A stretch of 64,000 nt of DNA from an uncultured Planctomycetia bacterium (lineage in GTDB: Bacteria > Omnitrophota > Gorgyraeia > Gorgyraeales > Gorgyraeaceae): positions 145,733 through 209,732 of the forward strand of contig CAYPYS010000001.1 of the NCBI GenBank assembly GCA_964415355.1, given 5' to 3'. The notes beneath the pieces were generated by a model. It made no database searches. It was not told the origin of the DNA and saw only the letters and a list, made by a program, of their open reading frames with translations. Made by a program: the position numbers and the translations under genes. Shown piece by piece: positions 1 to 8,404 of the stretch. The first letter of the stretch is position 1. Each line of letters begins with the position of its first letter.

Positions 1-689
1 ACAATAGCAGTCTTTCCGACTCCGGCCTCGCCTAAAAGCACAGGATTATTTTTAGTCCGTCGAGAGAGTATCTGGATGACTCTTTCGATTTCATTTTGTC
101 TGCCGATTACCGGGTCAAGTTTATTTTCGCGCACAAGCTGATTAAGGTTTCTCCCGAATGCGTCAAGCGCAGGAGTCTTAGAGCCTGCCTTTACCCCTGC
201 AGATCGACCTGTCCCATGCTTTGTCCCTCCTCCTCCGGTAAAACCAGGCGTTGCAGAGCCCAGGAGATCTGCTATTTCCTGCCTCACTTTATCCAGATCC
301 AGGCCCAGATTCAAAAGCACCTTAGAAGCCACGCCTTCTCCTTCTTTTATAAGTCCTAACAAAATATGCTCTGTGCCGATATAATTATGGCCCAATGTCC
401 TGGCCTCTTCGCCTGAAAGCTCTATTGACTTTTTGGCCTTTGGCGTAAAAGGGATATCACCTGAAACAGCCGTGCTCGTCCCTGGCTTAACGATCTTCTC
501 GATCTCTAATCGTATTTGCTGCAGGCTTAATCCCATTTTCTGAAGCACTACTGCGGCAACCCCTTCGCCTTCCCTTATAAGTCCGAGCAAAACATGCTCT
601 GTGCCTATGTAATCGTGGTTAAACCTCTTTGCTTCTTCCTTGGCAAGTAAAATCACCTTTCTTGCCCGCTCTGTGAAACGGTTAAACAT
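1..689 (-). CDS. clpC: ATP-dependent Clp protease ATPase ClpC (5' part, runs off window)
   Basis: Manual translation from ATG at 689: [36 protein letters not shown]...; Walker A GEAGVGKT near window edge; follows mcsA-mcsB. Confidence 0.95.
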   Translation of the reverse strand, partial: MFNRFTERARKVILLAKEEAKRFNHDYIGTEHVLLGLIREGEGVAAVVLQKMGLSLQQIRLEIEKIVKPGTSTAVSGDIPFTPKAKKSIELSGEEARTLGHNYIGTEHILLGLIKEGEGVASKVLLNLGLDLDKVRQEIADLLGSATPGFTGGGGTKHGTGRSAGVKAGSKTPALDAFGRNLNQLVRENKLDPVIGRQNEIERVIQILSRRTKNNPVLLGEAGVGKTAI

Positions 690-726
690 CTTACCCCTCC
701 TGTCCTATTTTGTGCACAACGCACTC

Positions 727-763
727 TAACTTTACATTTCAACAACGTTAAAGTGTAAAGTTA
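727..763. repeat. 37-bp palindromic element, copy 1
   Basis: TAACTTTACATTTCAACAACGTTAAAGTGTAAAGTTA; supplies the mcsB TAA stop. Confidence 0.95.
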
Positions 764-1810
764 CCTTCCTATTTTTTCTCTGATTATCTGCGCCCTTTTC
801 ACATCCCTCTCATTGGGATCCAGCCTTTTCTTCTCAAGTTTCTGAAGATGGGCTGGCTGTGTAATTGTAAATAATTCATTTATAAGCGCTTGATCGACTT
901 CTTTTATCAATTTCAAATCAACGCCCAGCCTGATAAGCGACAACAGATCTATCGTCTCGCTGCTGGTAATAATATGCGCACTCTTTAAAGTGCCATAGGC
1001 GCGCCATATCCTATCCTGCAACGCTGATCTGTTTTGAGAATACAATGCCTCTCTTGCGCTCTGCTCATGGTCTATTATCTGTTTGATTATCCTTTCGATA
1101 TTGTCAATGATGTCTTCTTCCTTATGCCCCAGAGAAACCTGATTGGAAATTTGGAAAAAATTGCCGCTGGCCTCTGTCCCTTCTCCATAAAAGCCGCGCG
1201 CAGTAAGGCTGAGTTTTGTAATGGCCTGCAGCACCTTTCCGATCTGTTTTGTCATTACAAGGGACGGCAAATGCACCATTACAGACGCCCGCATCCCGGT
1301 ACCTGTATTCGTAGGGCACGCTGTCAAATATCCAAAATCCACCGAATACGCATAGTGCAATAAATTACCGAGGGCATTGTCAATATCATTGATTATATGC
1401 CATGCGTCCTTCAGGTCAAAACCTGACTTCATGACCTGTATGCGCAAGTGATCTTCTTCGTTTATCATTATGCTTACAACTTCTCTATCCGCCACGCAAA
1501 GACCTTTGTTTTCCGCATCTACTGTATGCTCCTTGCTCATCAAATGTCTTTCAACTAAAAACTGCTTGTCTATCTCTTTAAGTTTCCCTATATCCAAACA
1601 GAGAGAATTTTTTATTTTTTTCGACGCCGCTATTGCCTGCTTCGAAACCTGTAGTATCTCTTGCTGTTCTTTTTTGCTCGCCCAATGAGAAAACGGATAT
1701 CTTGCCAGGTTTCTGGCTAATCTGATGCGCGATGATATAACTATATCAGAATTCGGACCAGTGCACCTGAGCCACTCGCCCTGATTATTAAGTAAATCAT
1801 CTAAATTCAT
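761..1810 (-). CDS. mcsB: protein arginine kinase McsB
   Basis: SSRIRLARN, INEEDHLR and LTACPTNTGTG motifs; lies between mcsA and clpC. Confidence 0.95.
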   Translation of the reverse strand: MNLDDLLNNQGEWLRCTGPNSDIVISSRIRLARNLARYPFSHWASKKEQQEILQVSKQAIAASKKIKNSLCLDIGKLKEIDKQFLVERHLMSKEHTVDAENKGLCVADREVVSIMINEEDHLRIQVMKSGFDLKDAWHIINDIDNALGNLLHYAYSVDFGYLTACPTNTGTGMRASVMVHLPSLVMTKQIGKVLQAITKLSLTARGFYGEGTEASGNFFQISNQVSLGHKEEDIIDNIERIIKQIIDHEQSAREALYSQNRSALQDRIWRAYGTLKSAHIITSSETIDLLSLIRLGVDLKLIKEVDQALINELFTITQPAHLQKLEKKRLDPNERDVKRAQIIREKIGR

Positions 1811-1829
1811 CTAACGACTCCTCCTGCCC

Positions 1830-1866
1830 TAACTTTACATTTCAACAACGTTAAAGTGTAAACTTA
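1830..1866. repeat. 37-bp palindromic element, copy 2
   Basis: TAACTTTACATTTCAACAACGTTAAAGTGTAAACTTA. Confidence 0.95.
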
Positions 1867-1877
1867 GGCCTTTGCAA

Positions 1878-2390
1878 TTACTTCTTTTTTCTCTCAAGCC
1901 CTCTGATCTTATCCCGTATTTCAGCTGCCCTTTCGAATTCCTCCAGCTGTATAGCCTTCTGCAATTGCTCTTTTAGTTCCTGCAAAGCGCTTTTTGTCTT
2001 AAGTGCTTTAGCCACCTTCTTTGTCGGAGATTTGCCGTAGTGCTGCGTAGAACCATGTATTCTTTTTAAAAGCGGCAGGAGCGCCTCTTTAAAAGCGGCA
2101 TAACATTCTCCGCAACCAAGCCTGCCTACTTTCTTAAAATCTTCGTAAGTAAGGCCGCATCTCGAACACTTGGCTTTGGCCTTGGCTTCTTTCTTTGTCT
2201 TACTCGTAGTAAACTGTGTCCCTAAATCTGCGAGCCCGGCCAATAAGTCAGCGAGCCCAAAATGGCTTTCCATCTGGGCACCTTTCTTCTGAGCGCACGA
2301 TTCGCAAAGATGCAACTCTGTCATTTTGTCATCTACGATCTCTGTCAAATGCACTGTTGCCTGAATCTTGCCGCAAATGTCACATTGCAT
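1878..2390 (-). CDS. mcsA: McsA, arginine kinase activator (CxxC motifs + UVR domain)
   Basis: Four CxxC motifs, GRLGCxxCY, C-terminal EEFERAAEIRD. Confidence 0.95.
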   Translation of the reverse strand: MQCDICGKIQATVHLTEIVDDKMTELHLCESCAQKKGAQMESHFGLADLLAGLADLGTQFTTSKTKKEAKAKAKCSRCGLTYEDFKKVGRLGCGECYAAFKEALLPLLKRIHGSTQHYGKSPTKKVAKALKTKSALQELKEQLQKAIQLEEFERAAEIRDKIRGLERKKK

Positions 2391-2404
2391 AATTCCTCCT
2401 GCCC

Positions 2405-2441
2405 TAACTTTACACTTTAACGTTGTTGAAATGTAAAGTTA
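2405..2441. repeat. 37-bp palindromic element, copy 3 (core inverted)
   Basis: TAACTTTACACTTTAACGTTGTTGAAATGTAAAGTTA. Confidence 0.95.
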
Positions 2442-2451
2442 AGGTGATGTC

Positions 2452-3324
2452 TTAATATTTTACGCCGTCGACCGTTGTCAATTTTCTGAATTCCTGCATC
2501 AGTTTTAATGTCGCCTTGCCGGGCTTTCCATTGCCAATGGTTCTTTCCTCGATACTGATAACAGGCATTATCTCAGCAGCCGTGCCTGTCAGAAAGCATT
2601 CGTCCGATGTAAAAAGATTGTGCCTTGTAAGCACTTCTTCTTTGATCTCAAGACCCATCTTCTTTCCAATGTCCATCACTGCTGCACGCGTAATACCTTT
2701 TAAAATTCCTAAATACGCAGGCGGGGTCAACAACGATCCATCTTTTATAATAAAAATATTATCGCCCGTGCACTCTGCCACGTAACCAGAGGATGTAAAC
2801 ATCAATGCCTCTTCATATCCGCTGTTCAGCGCTTCTATCTTCGCCAGAATGTTATTTAAATAATTCAATGACTTGATCTGCGGGTTCAAGGCCTCTGGGA
2901 TATTCCTTGGAGTAGGCACGGTAATAAGCTTCAGGCCTTCTTTGTATAGTTTCTCCGGGTAAAGCGCTATTTTGTCTGTAATGATTATGATGGATGGCGC
3001 CTTGCATTTCCTGGGGTCAAGCCCCAGATCGCCAATGCCCCTTGTGGCAATAAGCCGGATATATGCGTCGTCCAGTTTATTGACCTTCAATGTGTCAACA
3101 ACTGCCTTCATCATTTCCTTTTTAGAAATGCTTATCTTCAGCATAATGCCCTGGGCAGACTCATAGAGCCTGTTCACGTGCTCTTCTAACTTAAAAACCA
3201 GCCTTTTATAAGAACGAATGCCTTCGAACACACCGTCCCCATACAAAAATCCATGGTCAAAAACAGAAACCTTGGCATCTTTCTTGTTAAAATATTCACC
3301 ATTGATATAGACTTTCAAACTCAT
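2452..3324 (-). CDS. ilvE: branched-chain amino acid aminotransferase
   Basis: YGDGVFEG, KSLNY, ILKGITR, FLTGTAAE; start reassigned to MSLKVY (GAGGAGG SD). Confidence 0.93.
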   Translation of the reverse strand: MSLKVYINGEYFNKKDAKVSVFDHGFLYGDGVFEGIRSYKRLVFKLEEHVNRLYESAQGIMLKISISKKEMMKAVVDTLKVNKLDDAYIRLIATRGIGDLGLDPRKCKAPSIIIITDKIALYPEKLYKEGLKLITVPTPRNIPEALNPQIKSLNYLNNILAKIEALNSGYEEALMFTSSGYVAECTGDNIFIIKDGSLLTPPAYLGILKGITRAAVMDIGKKMGLEIKEEVLTRHNLFTSDECFLTGTAAEIMPVISIEERTIGNGKPGKATLKLMQEFRKLTTVDGVKY

Positions 3325-3355
3325 CTGCCCCCTCCTCACTATTACGAACATCGCT

Positions 3356-3392
3356 TAACTTTACATTTCAACAATGTTAAAGTGTAAAGTTA
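3356..3392. repeat. 37-bp palindromic element, copy 4
   Basis: TAACTTTACATTTCAACAATGTTAAAGTGTAAAGTTA; encodes the LolD C-terminal NFTL*. Confidence 0.95.
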
Positions 3393-4042
3393 CCGTCTTT
3401 TATTTCTAAAATCTTGTCTGCTCTTTTAGCCAGCTCTCTATCATGTGTGGCAACAACGATCGCTGTGCCTTTTTTATTCAACTCGAACAAAATCCTGAGT
3501 ATCTCTTCTCCCATGTCTGAATCAAGATTCCCTGTTGGCTCGTCGCACAAGAGTATATCAGGATTATTTATCAGGGCACGGCCAATAGCCACCCTCTGCT
3601 GCTCGCCTCCTGAAAGCTCGCTCGGCTTATGATGTAATCTTTCGCCAAGCCCAAATTGCCGCAATAATGTCCCTGCTCTGCCTTGAGTCCTTAGCCTGGA
3701 ACCTTGGGTCTTTATCAGCGCTGGCATCATTGCGTTCTCTAAAGCACTGAACTCAGGCATGAGATGGTAGAACTGGAAAACAAATCCTATTTTCTGATTC
3801 CTGAGTCGCGCCCTGGTCCTGTCAGGCAAGGTGTAAAAATCTTTATCGTGTAAAAAAACATTGCCTGACGTAGGCCTGTCTATGCCTCCTATTATATGCA
3901 AAAGCGTCGATTTGCCAGCGCCTGACGGCCCGACCAGCGCTACTGATTCTCCTTTTTTAATTTCAAGGTCAATGCCTTTTAGCACGCGCAGATCTTTTTT
4001 GCCATCTCTGTAAATCTTATGTATGCCCTCAGCTCGTAACAT
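3377..4042 (-). CDS. lolD: lipoprotein-releasing ABC transporter ATPase LolD
   Basis: GPSGAGKS, LSGGEQQRV, DEPTGNLD; follows lolC/E. Confidence 0.9.
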   Translation of the reverse strand: MLRAEGIHKIYRDGKKDLRVLKGIDLEIKKGESVALVGPSGAGKSTLLHIIGGIDRPTSGNVFLHDKDFYTLPDRTRARLRNQKIGFVFQFYHLMPEFSALENAMMPALIKTQGSRLRTQGRAGTLLRQFGLGERLHHKPSELSGGEQQRVAIGRALINNPDILLCDEPTGNLDSDMGEEILRILFELNKKGTAIVVATHDRELAKRADKILEIKDGNFTL

Positions 4043-4045
4043 AGA

Positions 4046-5227
4046 TCACTCGTATCTAAGCGCCTGCACAGGTTCCACGCTCGCCGCCTTCCACGCAGGA
4101 TACATAGTTGAAACCAGGCTGATAGCTATTGCGGCGACTATTACGACTGCTGAGTCTGCCACGTTGACGTTGACAGGAAGCCTGTCAATATAATAAATAT
4201 CTCTAGGCAATTTTACGAACTCATACGTCTTTAAAAGATAGCATAGTAAAAATCCGCCTGATGCGCCCAACGCTGTGCCCAAGCACCCTATAAAAAATCC
4301 ATTTAACATAAAAATCTTTCCTATGCTGGAATTTCTCATGCCAATGGATTTCAAAATACCGATATCCCTTGTCTTCTCCGTAACCATCATGATCAGCGTA
4401 CCCACAATGTTGAAACAGGCAACGAGCACAATGAGCGCGAGTATGATAAACATGGTGACCTTCTCTAATTTCAATGCGTTGAATAAATTCTTGTTTAAAT
4501 CCGCCCAACTCCTCGCCCAATAACTATATCCAATAGAAGACTGGATCTCATCCCTTATGTTATTAGCCTCGTAAGCATCATCGACCTTCACGCCTATGCC
4601 GCCCGCCATATTTCCCACGGCGTAAAAATCCTGCGCAGCCTCCAGGCTCGTAAACACAAGATTCATATCATAGTCGAACATGTCAGATTTAAATATTCCT
4701 ATTACAGTAAAAAGCCTTGGCTTTGTATTCGCAGCTGAAATCAAAGAGATAGTATCGCCGAGCCGCAGATTAAGCCTCCACGCGAGTTCTCTCCCTATGA
4801 GCACCGTGTCTCCTTCCAGCTCAAAACTTCCAGAGATCAAATATTTCTTTAAATTCGTGACTTGCTTTTCTCTCTGCGGGTCAATGCCCCTGAACAATAC
4901 CCCTGTTACCTGGTCCTCCTGCCTTATCAGGGCCTGTCCGTTCACAAAAGGCGCGCTCGCTACGACGCGCGGTATATTATTTATCTCCTCTACCAGTGCA
5001 TTGTAATTCTCGATGCCGCCGTCTTTTTCTATGACAATGTGTGAATTCGTGCCCACTATTTTGTCGCGCAGGTCATTATCAAAGCCGCTCATTACCGAAA
5101 GTACGACTATGAGCGCCATCACTCCGACAGCCACGCCCAGAATAGAGATGAAGCTTATAAAAGAAATAAATCTTTCCTTGCGCCTCGAAAACAAATACCT
5201 TAAGCTTATCCAAAATTCACACTTCAT
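4046..5227 (-). CDS. lolC: lipoprotein-releasing ABC transporter permease LolC/E
   Basis: VLSVMSGF, EKTRDIGILKSIG, YPAWKAA..PVQALRYE. Confidence 0.9.
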   Translation of the reverse strand: MKCEFWISLRYLFSRRKERFISFISFISILGVAVGVMALIVVLSVMSGFDNDLRDKIVGTNSHIVIEKDGGIENYNALVEEINNIPRVVASAPFVNGQALIRQEDQVTGVLFRGIDPQREKQVTNLKKYLISGSFELEGDTVLIGRELAWRLNLRLGDTISLISAANTKPRLFTVIGIFKSDMFDYDMNLVFTSLEAAQDFYAVGNMAGGIGVKVDDAYEANNIRDEIQSSIGYSYWARSWADLNKNLFNALKLEKVTMFIILALIVLVACFNIVGTLIMMVTEKTRDIGILKSIGMRNSSIGKIFMLNGFFIGCLGTALGASGGFLLCYLLKTYEFVKLPRDIYYIDRLPVNVNVADSAVVIVAAIAISLVSTMYPAWKAASVEPVQALRYE

Positions 5228-5242
5228 GATTAGCTATCATTC

Positions 5243-5270
5243 TGTCATTCCCACTTTCGTGGGAATGACA
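5243..5270. repeat. ATTCCC-N8-GGGAAT palindrome (dRS3-like REP)
   Basis: TGTCATTCCCACTTTCGTGGGAATGACA. Confidence 0.75.
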
Positions 5271-5284
5271 CTCTTGTTGCATAC

Positions 5285-6727
5285 TTAAGCTTCGGGTTTT
5301 AGCTGCGGAAACAGGATCACGTCGCGTATCGCAGGCTGATTGGCGAGAATCATAACCAGCCGATCTATGCCAATACCCAGACCGCCTGCCGGAGGCATGC
5401 CGTATTCCAACGCGCGCACAAAATCTTCGTCGATCTTCTTCGCGCCTTCCTGTCCCACCAGCTGCTCTTCAAATCGCTTTCGCTGCTCGATCGGATCATT
5501 GAGCTCTGAATACGCGTTCGCGACTTCTATGCCGCCAATGAAAAGCTCAAACCTATCTGTAAGCAAGGGATTGCCCTTCTTTCTCTTTGCCAGAGGACAT
5601 ATATCAGCAAATAAGTCAATGACAAATATAGGCTTATCTTTTGTTTCAGGCTCCAGCATATCTGAAATAATGTTAACTATTTGAGAACGCGTAATATCCT
5701 TGCCCTTGAAATCCATGCCCTTCTTCTTGAGTTTTTTGATCCATTCCTTCGCAGGATCATCAGGATTTATGTCGAACCGCTTTTTAATTTCGTCTGCAAA
5801 TGACCATTTGGGCCACGGCGTTTCAAGATCGATATCCTGGTTTCCAAACCTGACCCTGGTCGTGCCTAAGACTTCTTTTGCCGCATGACTGAACAATTCT
5901 TCTGTAAGCCGCATCATACCTTCGCAATCAGAATACGCCTCGTACACCTCAAGCATCGTAAACTCAGGATTATGCCTGATGGAAATACCCTCGTTTCTAA
6001 AATTCCTATTAAGCTCATATACCTTATCAAACCCGCCAACAAGCAGCCTCTTCAAATGCAATTCCGGCGCAAGCCTCAAAAACAGATCCATGTCGAGCGC
6101 CTTGTGATGCGTCTTAAACGGCTCACCAGCCGCGCCACCTGCCAGCGAATGCATCATCGGGGTCTCTACCTCCAAAAATCCCTTTTCATCCAAAAAGCTT
6201 CTTATTTTTGAAATTATTTTACTGCGCAATTTAAAGACGCTTCGCACGTCTTCGTTTACGATCAAATCAACATATCTCTGGCGATATCTTATCTCAACGT
6301 CCTTTAGGCCATGCCACTTTTCAGGAAGCGGCCGCAGACCCTTGGAAAGCAATGTTATTTCAGTCGCGTTTATCGTGATCTCTCCGGTGCGCGTCTTGAA
6401 CAAGCTCCCCTCTACCCCCAATATATCACCTATATCTAATCTTTTTAATATATTATCATATATATCTACGCCAATATTATTACTCTTTATATAGACCTGT
6501 ATCCTGCCGCCTGCATCTCGAAGATCAAGAAAAGTGCTTTTACCGTGCTCGCGAAACGCGGTGATCCTGCCGGCAGTTTTGACATTCGCGCCTTCAGCAA
6601 AGTCTTTTGTCAGGTCATGGATACGCTTTGTTTTATTGAAACGCCTGCCGTACGCATTAACTCCTATCTCGTTGAGTGCATTTAACTTATCGATTCTCTG
6701 TTTTACAAATTCGTTCATATCCTGCAT
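5285..6727 (-). CDS. lysS: lysine--tRNA ligase (class II)
   Basis: PLPEKWHGL, RYRQRY, FRNEG, YGMPPAGGLGIGIDRL. Confidence 0.97.
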   Translation of the reverse strand: MQDMNEFVKQRIDKLNALNEIGVNAYGRRFNKTKRIHDLTKDFAEGANVKTAGRITAFREHGKSTFLDLRDAGGRIQVYIKSNNIGVDIYDNILKRLDIGDILGVEGSLFKTRTGEITINATEITLLSKGLRPLPEKWHGLKDVEIRYRQRYVDLIVNEDVRSVFKLRSKIISKIRSFLDEKGFLEVETPMMHSLAGGAAGEPFKTHHKALDMDLFLRLAPELHLKRLLVGGFDKVYELNRNFRNEGISIRHNPEFTMLEVYEAYSDCEGMMRLTEELFSHAAKEVLGTTRVRFGNQDIDLETPWPKWSFADEIKKRFDINPDDPAKEWIKKLKKKGMDFKGKDITRSQIVNIISDMLEPETKDKPIFVIDLFADICPLAKRKKGNPLLTDRFELFIGGIEVANAYSELNDPIEQRKRFEEQLVGQEGAKKIDEDFVRALEYGMPPAGGLGIGIDRLVMILANQPAIRDVILFPQLKPEA

Positions 6728-6749
6728 GAGTATACACTCCTTTGCGGCA

Positions 6750-6778
6750 ATTATATCCTATATGCCATATAGTGTCAA
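6750..6778 (-). promoter_or_regulatory. sigma70 promoter of lysS
   Basis: TTGACA (6778-6773), 17-bp spacer, TATAAT (6755-6750): perfect consensus. Confidence 0.85.
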
Positions 6779-6789
6779 CATTAATTGGC

Positions 6790-6826
6790 TAACTTTACAT
6801 TTCAACAACGTTAAAGTGTAAACTTA
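6790..6826. repeat. 37-bp palindromic element, copy 5
   Basis: Matches consensus; supplies the lnt TAA stop. Confidence 0.95.
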
Positions 6827-8194
6827 GGGTAAAGGGAGTTTAATTTTGGAGGTTTTGTGGCCAGTGATAAAAAGGTGGGTTCCGCTGTCTTCCACAGAAT
6901 CATATATCCTGCCCCTTGCATCAATAAAACAGGAAAGGCCTGTGTTAGCGCATCTTACTACAGGTACGCGATTTTCTATTGCGCGAAAAACAGAGCATGC
7001 AGCGTGTTGATATGGCGCGCCCGTCCTGCCGTACCAAGCGTCGTTGGTGATGACAACGAGAAATTGCGCTCCGCTCTTTACGAACTCGCGAGAAATCTCA
7101 GGAAAAATGTCTTCGTAGCAGATCAGGACGGCAAATTTAGCTTGGAGTCCGGAGCCTTGAGTCCGGAGCCTAAATATTCTAAATTCTTTTCCTGCAGTAA
7201 ATTCTCCCAATTCCCCTAATACTAAATTGCGCAGGACTGGAAATTTTTCAGAAAATGGCACATATTCTCCGAAAGGGACAAGGTGGATCTTGTCGTATCT
7301 CCCGGTGGTCTCGCCTTTGCCCGAGACAAGAACCGCGCTGTTAAAATTTCGCACACCTTCATATGTATTGGCTCCCAATAAAATCGGCATGTTTATATCC
7401 TTTGCCAGATCCAAAACTAGCTGCGTGTGCCCTCTGTCCTCTTCAAAAAATCCGGGAAACGACGTCTCTGGCCAGATTATTAGATCAGAGGCGTCAAAGG
7501 CCGAAAGCCTGGTCAGGTCTGTGTATCTATCCAGGATATATTCTGTAAAGTCGGGATCCCACTTCATCTCCTGCGGGATATTACCCTGCACGACTGAGAT
7601 TTTAACAGCGCTCCCTTCTTCGTATTTAACCTCATTAATTATCCCGTATGCAACCGCTGCCACCAAAACCATGGCGGCAATTATTATTTCGCGAAACGAT
7701 CTCTTAAATAACCTGTAGATCGCAACGTTTACAAGCATTATCATGAAAGACACGCCGTATACCCCTGCAAAATCCGCAATCTGTATCAACGGTAAATTTT
7801 TGTATTGCGAATAACCTAAAAGCGCCCAGCCGAATCCGGTAAATAAATGCGCCTGGACATATTCGAGCAATATCCATATAAAAGGCGTGAATAAAATCGC
7901 TGTTTGCCGCCTACCGCCTGCCGCTCGACTAAAAACAAAACCAAATACTCCAAAATACAACGCCAGATAAAGGCAAAGTACTATTAATCCAAAAATCGTC
8001 ACATGATAGAGCCAATACAAGGTTCCTAAATAAAATAAAAATCCACAGAGATAGGAAATTAAAAATGCCCTTTTAGGCGGCTGGTTTTTAATCGCAAAAA
8101 ACAACGGCACAAAACCGATAAAAGCGATGTAGCTGAGATTAAAATTCGGGAATGAAATGACTAATAGTAAAGACGAAAAAAGTAGTAATAGCAT
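6824..8194 (-). CDS. lnt: apolipoprotein N-acyltransferase
   Basis: VQGNI, IWPET, YDKIHLVPFGEY, ICYED, TNDAW, RCANTG. Confidence 0.95.
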   Translation of the reverse strand: MLLLLFSSLLLVISFPNFNLSYIAFIGFVPLFFAIKNQPPKRAFLISYLCGFLFYLGTLYWLYHVTIFGLIVLCLYLALYFGVFGFVFSRAAGGRRQTAILFTPFIWILLEYVQAHLFTGFGWALLGYSQYKNLPLIQIADFAGVYGVSFMIMLVNVAIYRLFKRSFREIIIAAMVLVAAVAYGIINEVKYEEGSAVKISVVQGNIPQEMKWDPDFTEYILDRYTDLTRLSAFDASDLIIWPETSFPGFFEEDRGHTQLVLDLAKDINMPILLGANTYEGVRNFNSAVLVSGKGETTGRYDKIHLVPFGEYVPFSEKFPVLRNLVLGELGEFTAGKEFRIFRLRTQGSGLQAKFAVLICYEDIFPEISREFVKSGAQFLVVITNDAWYGRTGAPYQHAACSVFRAIENRVPVVRCANTGLSCFIDARGRIYDSVEDSGTHLFITGHKTSKIKLPLP

Positions 8195-8215
8195 GATATG
8201 CTCGTTTTGGAATCA

Positions 8216-8391
8216 CTTCTCACCTTGGGCAGGTCTAAAAAAGCCTCTTTATTTTTTGCGGGCATGGCGCCTAAGTTTACACTTTAACGTTGTTGAAATG
8301 TAAACTTAGGCGAGCAAAAAATAAAACGGAGCGAAGTCCGCCTCGCTGGGGCGGACAAGCGTCTTTTTTAAGGTCTGCCCAAGGTGAGAAG
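8216..8391. repeat. 176-bp nested inverted-repeat element
   Basis: Perfect 17-bp IR 8216-8232/8375-8391 plus inner paired blocks, with a 37-bp element at the apex. Confidence 0.8.
8272..8308. repeat. 37-bp palindromic element, copy 6
   Basis: TAAGTTTACACTTTAACGTTGTTGAAATGTAAACTTA. Confidence 0.95.
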
Positions 8392-8404
8392 CATTAACTT
8401 AAAA

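Noticed and set aside
8216-8391. 6S RNA
   Set aside because: Size and rod shape fit, but about 60 bp are inserted repeats and I see no recognisable 6S central-bubble sequence.
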